The position numbers were made by a program, and so were the translations under genes. This document shows, one piece after another, positions 61,779 to 64,000 of a stretch of DNA of 64,000 nt. A model generated the notes under the pieces. It made no database searches. It was given only the letters and a program-made list of their open reading frames with translations, and was not told the DNA's origin. Source of the DNA: Candidatus Bathyarchaeota archaeon. Lineage in GTDB: Archaea; Thermoproteota; Bathyarchaeia; Bathyarchaeales; Bathycorpusculaceae. Location: positions 32,001 to 96,000 of the forward strand of contig CAWHVC010000002.1 in assembly GCA_963832745.1 (NCBI GenBank). Reading direction: 5' to 3'. Position 1 is the first letter of the stretch; the number at the start of each line of letters is the position of its first letter.

Positions 61779-62360
61779 TTAATCGCCTCTACAGGTTTTC
61801 CGTTGGCGGTTAAGGCTTGCAGTCTTTAGGGGTAACTGTGTCTCTTCCGATATTTTGTAGAGAAATCCTTGTTGGAAATCAGTCAATGGCTCTTGGAACC
61901 AAACATTGTCCAAGCGGCAGTTCATAGTTTTGAGTACATTTAGTAGTAGGAATCGCATGTTTCCTTGAGATCTTGCATCTGGAACAGTGAAAAAGTCAAG
62001 GACAATATCCTTTTGTTGTTGAATACTTACAGCTATGTAAGCGACTGCCTGTTCACTTTGGATTAGCAGAAAAGCTCTAAGATTGTTCCACTTGTTTTTG
62101 TGCAGAACTGATTTGCGATATCTTTTGCAGGCTCTGGAGCTTTGTGAAATTCTCTCGCATATTCGTTTTTCAGCTTCTGTGCTATCTGAGGTTATTTGGA
62201 CAATCAGCCGACTTTGTTTTTGCAATATCGGCGTTGTGAATTTCGGATGGCAGTTGTCAATGTGCTTAACGTGTATGTCAGCCTTGAATTTCTTGAGGCA
62301 TTTTGGGCAGACAAAAGTGCAAATTGGTGGTTTGCATTCATAAAACTCGTCAGCGCTCAT
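61779..62360 (-). CDS. C2HC zinc finger + acetyltransferase-fold protein (paralogue 1)
   Basis: CPKC-x11-H-x3-C; VLDFFTVPDARSQG (acetyl-CoA motif A); VWFQEP. Confidence 0.75.
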   Translation of the reverse strand: MSADEFYECKPPICTFVCPKCLKKFKADIHVKHIDNCHPKFTTPILQKQSRLIVQITSDSTEAEKRICERISQSSRACKRYRKSVLHKNKWNNLRAFLLIQSEQAVAYIAVSIQQQKDIVLDFFTVPDARSQGNMRFLLLNVLKTMNCRLDNVWFQEPLTDFQQGFLYKISEETQLPLKTASLNRQRKTCRGD

Positions 62361-62472
62361 ATCGATTCACCTTGGCAGCGGTAGTAAAGTTGAAAAATCG
62401 CCGTTCTTCGAAAAATCAATTAGCAAATAGGTTTTAATTTGGTATTGGGTGTCGTTGCTCATATAAAAAACC

Positions 62473-63036
62473 TCAGCAGATTCTGTAATTGAGGCCTGTT
62501 TTCTTGGACATTTTGTTCAGGAACTTTTCGCCTTGTTCGCTGATGGGCTCTTGGAACCAGACAGTTTCTAAGTTGTGACCCATGGCTTTGAGAGCAATTG
62601 GCAGCAGTATTCCCATGTTTCCGTGCTTTCGATGATTTGAGGCAGTGAACATGTCGGCAACAATGTCTTTGTGCCAGAGTCCAAACTCGTCTTGTTCTAA
62701 GGAGTTTACTCGGCCTATGACGATGTAGCTCGCAATTTCTTCGCGGTCGATGAGTAAATATACATGCAGATGCCACCCGTTTCGTATCCACTTATTTTTA
62801 CGGAGAACCGGGTGAGGGTATCTTTGGTCGATTGCTGAGCACTTCGAAAGTCTTTCGCAAATTAGTTTCTCAGTTTCTGGGCTTTGAGGTGTTACTTGCA
62901 CTATGAGCCGGCTTAGCTTTCGGAATACTGGTCGTGTGAATATTGGGTGGCAAGTGTCGACGTGATGGCTGTCAATGCCGTCTTTAAATTTTCTGAGGCA
63001 CTTCGGGCAAACGTATATGTCTGCTTTTAATCGCAA
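62473..63036 (-). CDS. C2HC zinc finger + acetyltransferase-fold protein (paralogue 2)
   Basis: CPKC-x11-H-x3-C; VADMFTASNHRKHG; VWFQEP; collinear with paralogue 1. Confidence 0.75.
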   Translation of the reverse strand: MRLKADIYVCPKCLRKFKDGIDSHHVDTCHPIFTRPVFRKLSRLIVQVTPQSPETEKLICERLSKCSAIDQRYPHPVLRKNKWIRNGWHLHVYLLIDREEIASYIVIGRVNSLEQDEFGLWHKDIVADMFTASNHRKHGNMGILLPIALKAMGHNLETVWFQEPISEQGEKFLNKMSKKTGLNYRIC

Positions 63037-63194
63037 ATAATTGTCGCATGCAATATGACGCCAGCCGGATGTGTTTATGCAAGGACCAGGCTCCTGTAAG
63101 TCATTTGATAAATCAGCATTATTAGTAATCTTTGATGCCTCCGAGAAGGGTAAATTTGTATTAACAATTTGTAAGAATAAGGGGAAAGAATATG

Positions 63195-63596
63195 TTAGCT
63201 CCCCCTGTTCTGGATGTGTAATAGTGGATTACTTTCTCTCAAAGCCGCAACATATTTTTCCATAGCAACCTTTCTTTCGAATTCATTCTCTATGCTTCGA
63301 ATACTTTCAAATGAAGGCAGTTGTTCGCGTATTATGGGCTTTTCAGGTGTGTATGGGCGCAATGAAACTAACTTTTCTTTTCCGGCTCCATGTGTGGTTG
63401 AAACGTATTTGTAAAGCAACAGTTTAGCAACGATTTTTTGTGCCATGCTTTGGCTAACCCCAGTGTCTTCAGCTATCGTCTTAATGTTAACATCTTTATG
63501 ATCCCGTAAATAACTAAGAATTGCAGAAGCGCATCGCTGTCGCTCAGAATCATCAAACAAGTTTGCCAGCATTGCACTTAAGTCTTCGAAAACCAC
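63195..63596 (-). CDS. Winged-helix DNA-binding protein
   Basis: NIKTIAEDTGVSQSMAQKIVAKL. Confidence 0.7.
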   Translation of the reverse strand: MVFEDLSAMLANLFDDSERQRCASAILSYLRDHKDVNIKTIAEDTGVSQSMAQKIVAKLLLYKYVSTTHGAGKEKLVSLRPYTPEKPIIREQLPSFESIRSIENEFERKVAMEKYVAALRESNPLLHIQNRGS

Positions 63597-63620
63597 ATCA
63601 TTGTTAATTGTTTGCCTAGC

Positions 63621-64000
63621 CTAGGATTCTTTGATTGGCAACGACTTTTCCCGGTTTGCCTCGATGCACAATCCGATGTATTTTTTGAATACACGGAAAT
63701 TCCCGTTAGAAACTTCGGCGAGGTACTTCAATGCCTCATGCTCAAAGATTTCTGTATTTGGGTTGTTTAGTTCGTAACCTTTGATTAATTGATCGACAGA
63801 AAGCGGGTTGATTGTATATCTTTGGAATTTGCCCCAAAAGAAATGGTCGCTATTCATGATAAGCTCTTTTTGTGCCGTGATTATGAGATGTGTTCTTTCT
63901 TTAGCTCTCAAAGATTCATAGAACTCCTGAATCATAGCGATGTCATTATTCATTGCATTTGCATTTGAGCGGCTGTAATCAGGGAAATCCACAAGAAAGA
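63621..64000 (-). CDS. C-terminal part of a probable AAA+ ATPase (truncated by window edge)
   Basis: HLIITAQ; FEHEALKYLAEVSNGNFR lid-like motif. Confidence 0.5.
   Translation of the reverse strand, partial: FLVDFPDYSRSNANAMNNDIAMIQEFYESLRAKERTHLIITAQKELIMNSDHFFWGKFQRYTINPLSVDQLIKGYELNNPNTEIFEHEALKYLAEVSNGNFRVFKKYIGLCIEANREKSLPIKES

Larger units (their letters stand above)
61537..64000. mobile_element. Probable second accessory/integrated element downstream of tRNA-Thr, continuing beyond the window
   Basis: Non-core minus-strand genes start directly at the tRNA 3' end; no integrase or second att visible. Confidence 0.45.

Overview
Archaeal chromosome segment, most consistent with Bathyarchaeia/TACK (inference from gene content: TFE-beta/RPC34-like protein, separate Kae1 and Bud32, proteasome beta, CCA-encoding tRNAs). 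Bases 1-27 kb are mostly intact housekeeping genes (aconitase, pyrF, rdgB-bud32-kae1, rlmE, nadC, psmB, ogt, glycerate kinase, uvsE, sensor kinase). From ~27 kb the window is accessory. A ~23.5 kb element is integrated at tRNA-Leu(TAG) (21-bp direct repeat at 33262-33282 and 56801-56821, tyrosine integrase beside the tRNA). It carries a dense defence-like cargo: HhH glycosylase + YaaA/DUF6884-like gene, AbiE TA pair, GGCT-like/HIT fusion, SF1 helicase-PLD, EVE-nuclease, split SIR2 + helical partner and a TM/Mrr-like protein, plus a non-coding array of five inverted repeats. Degenerate att-like copies further left suggest older tandem insertions. Between tRNA-Leu and tRNA-Thr(GGT) lies a four-gene operon (pseudo-receiver/PIG-L, ATP-grasp, processive GT2, PHP). 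A probable second element starts after tRNA-Thr and encodes the most striking find: two paralogous C2HC-zinc-finger acetyltransferases that by eye resemble eukaryotic MYST/Eco1/alphaTAT1 lysine acetyltransferases. All family calls are by-eye motif recognition; no searches were run.
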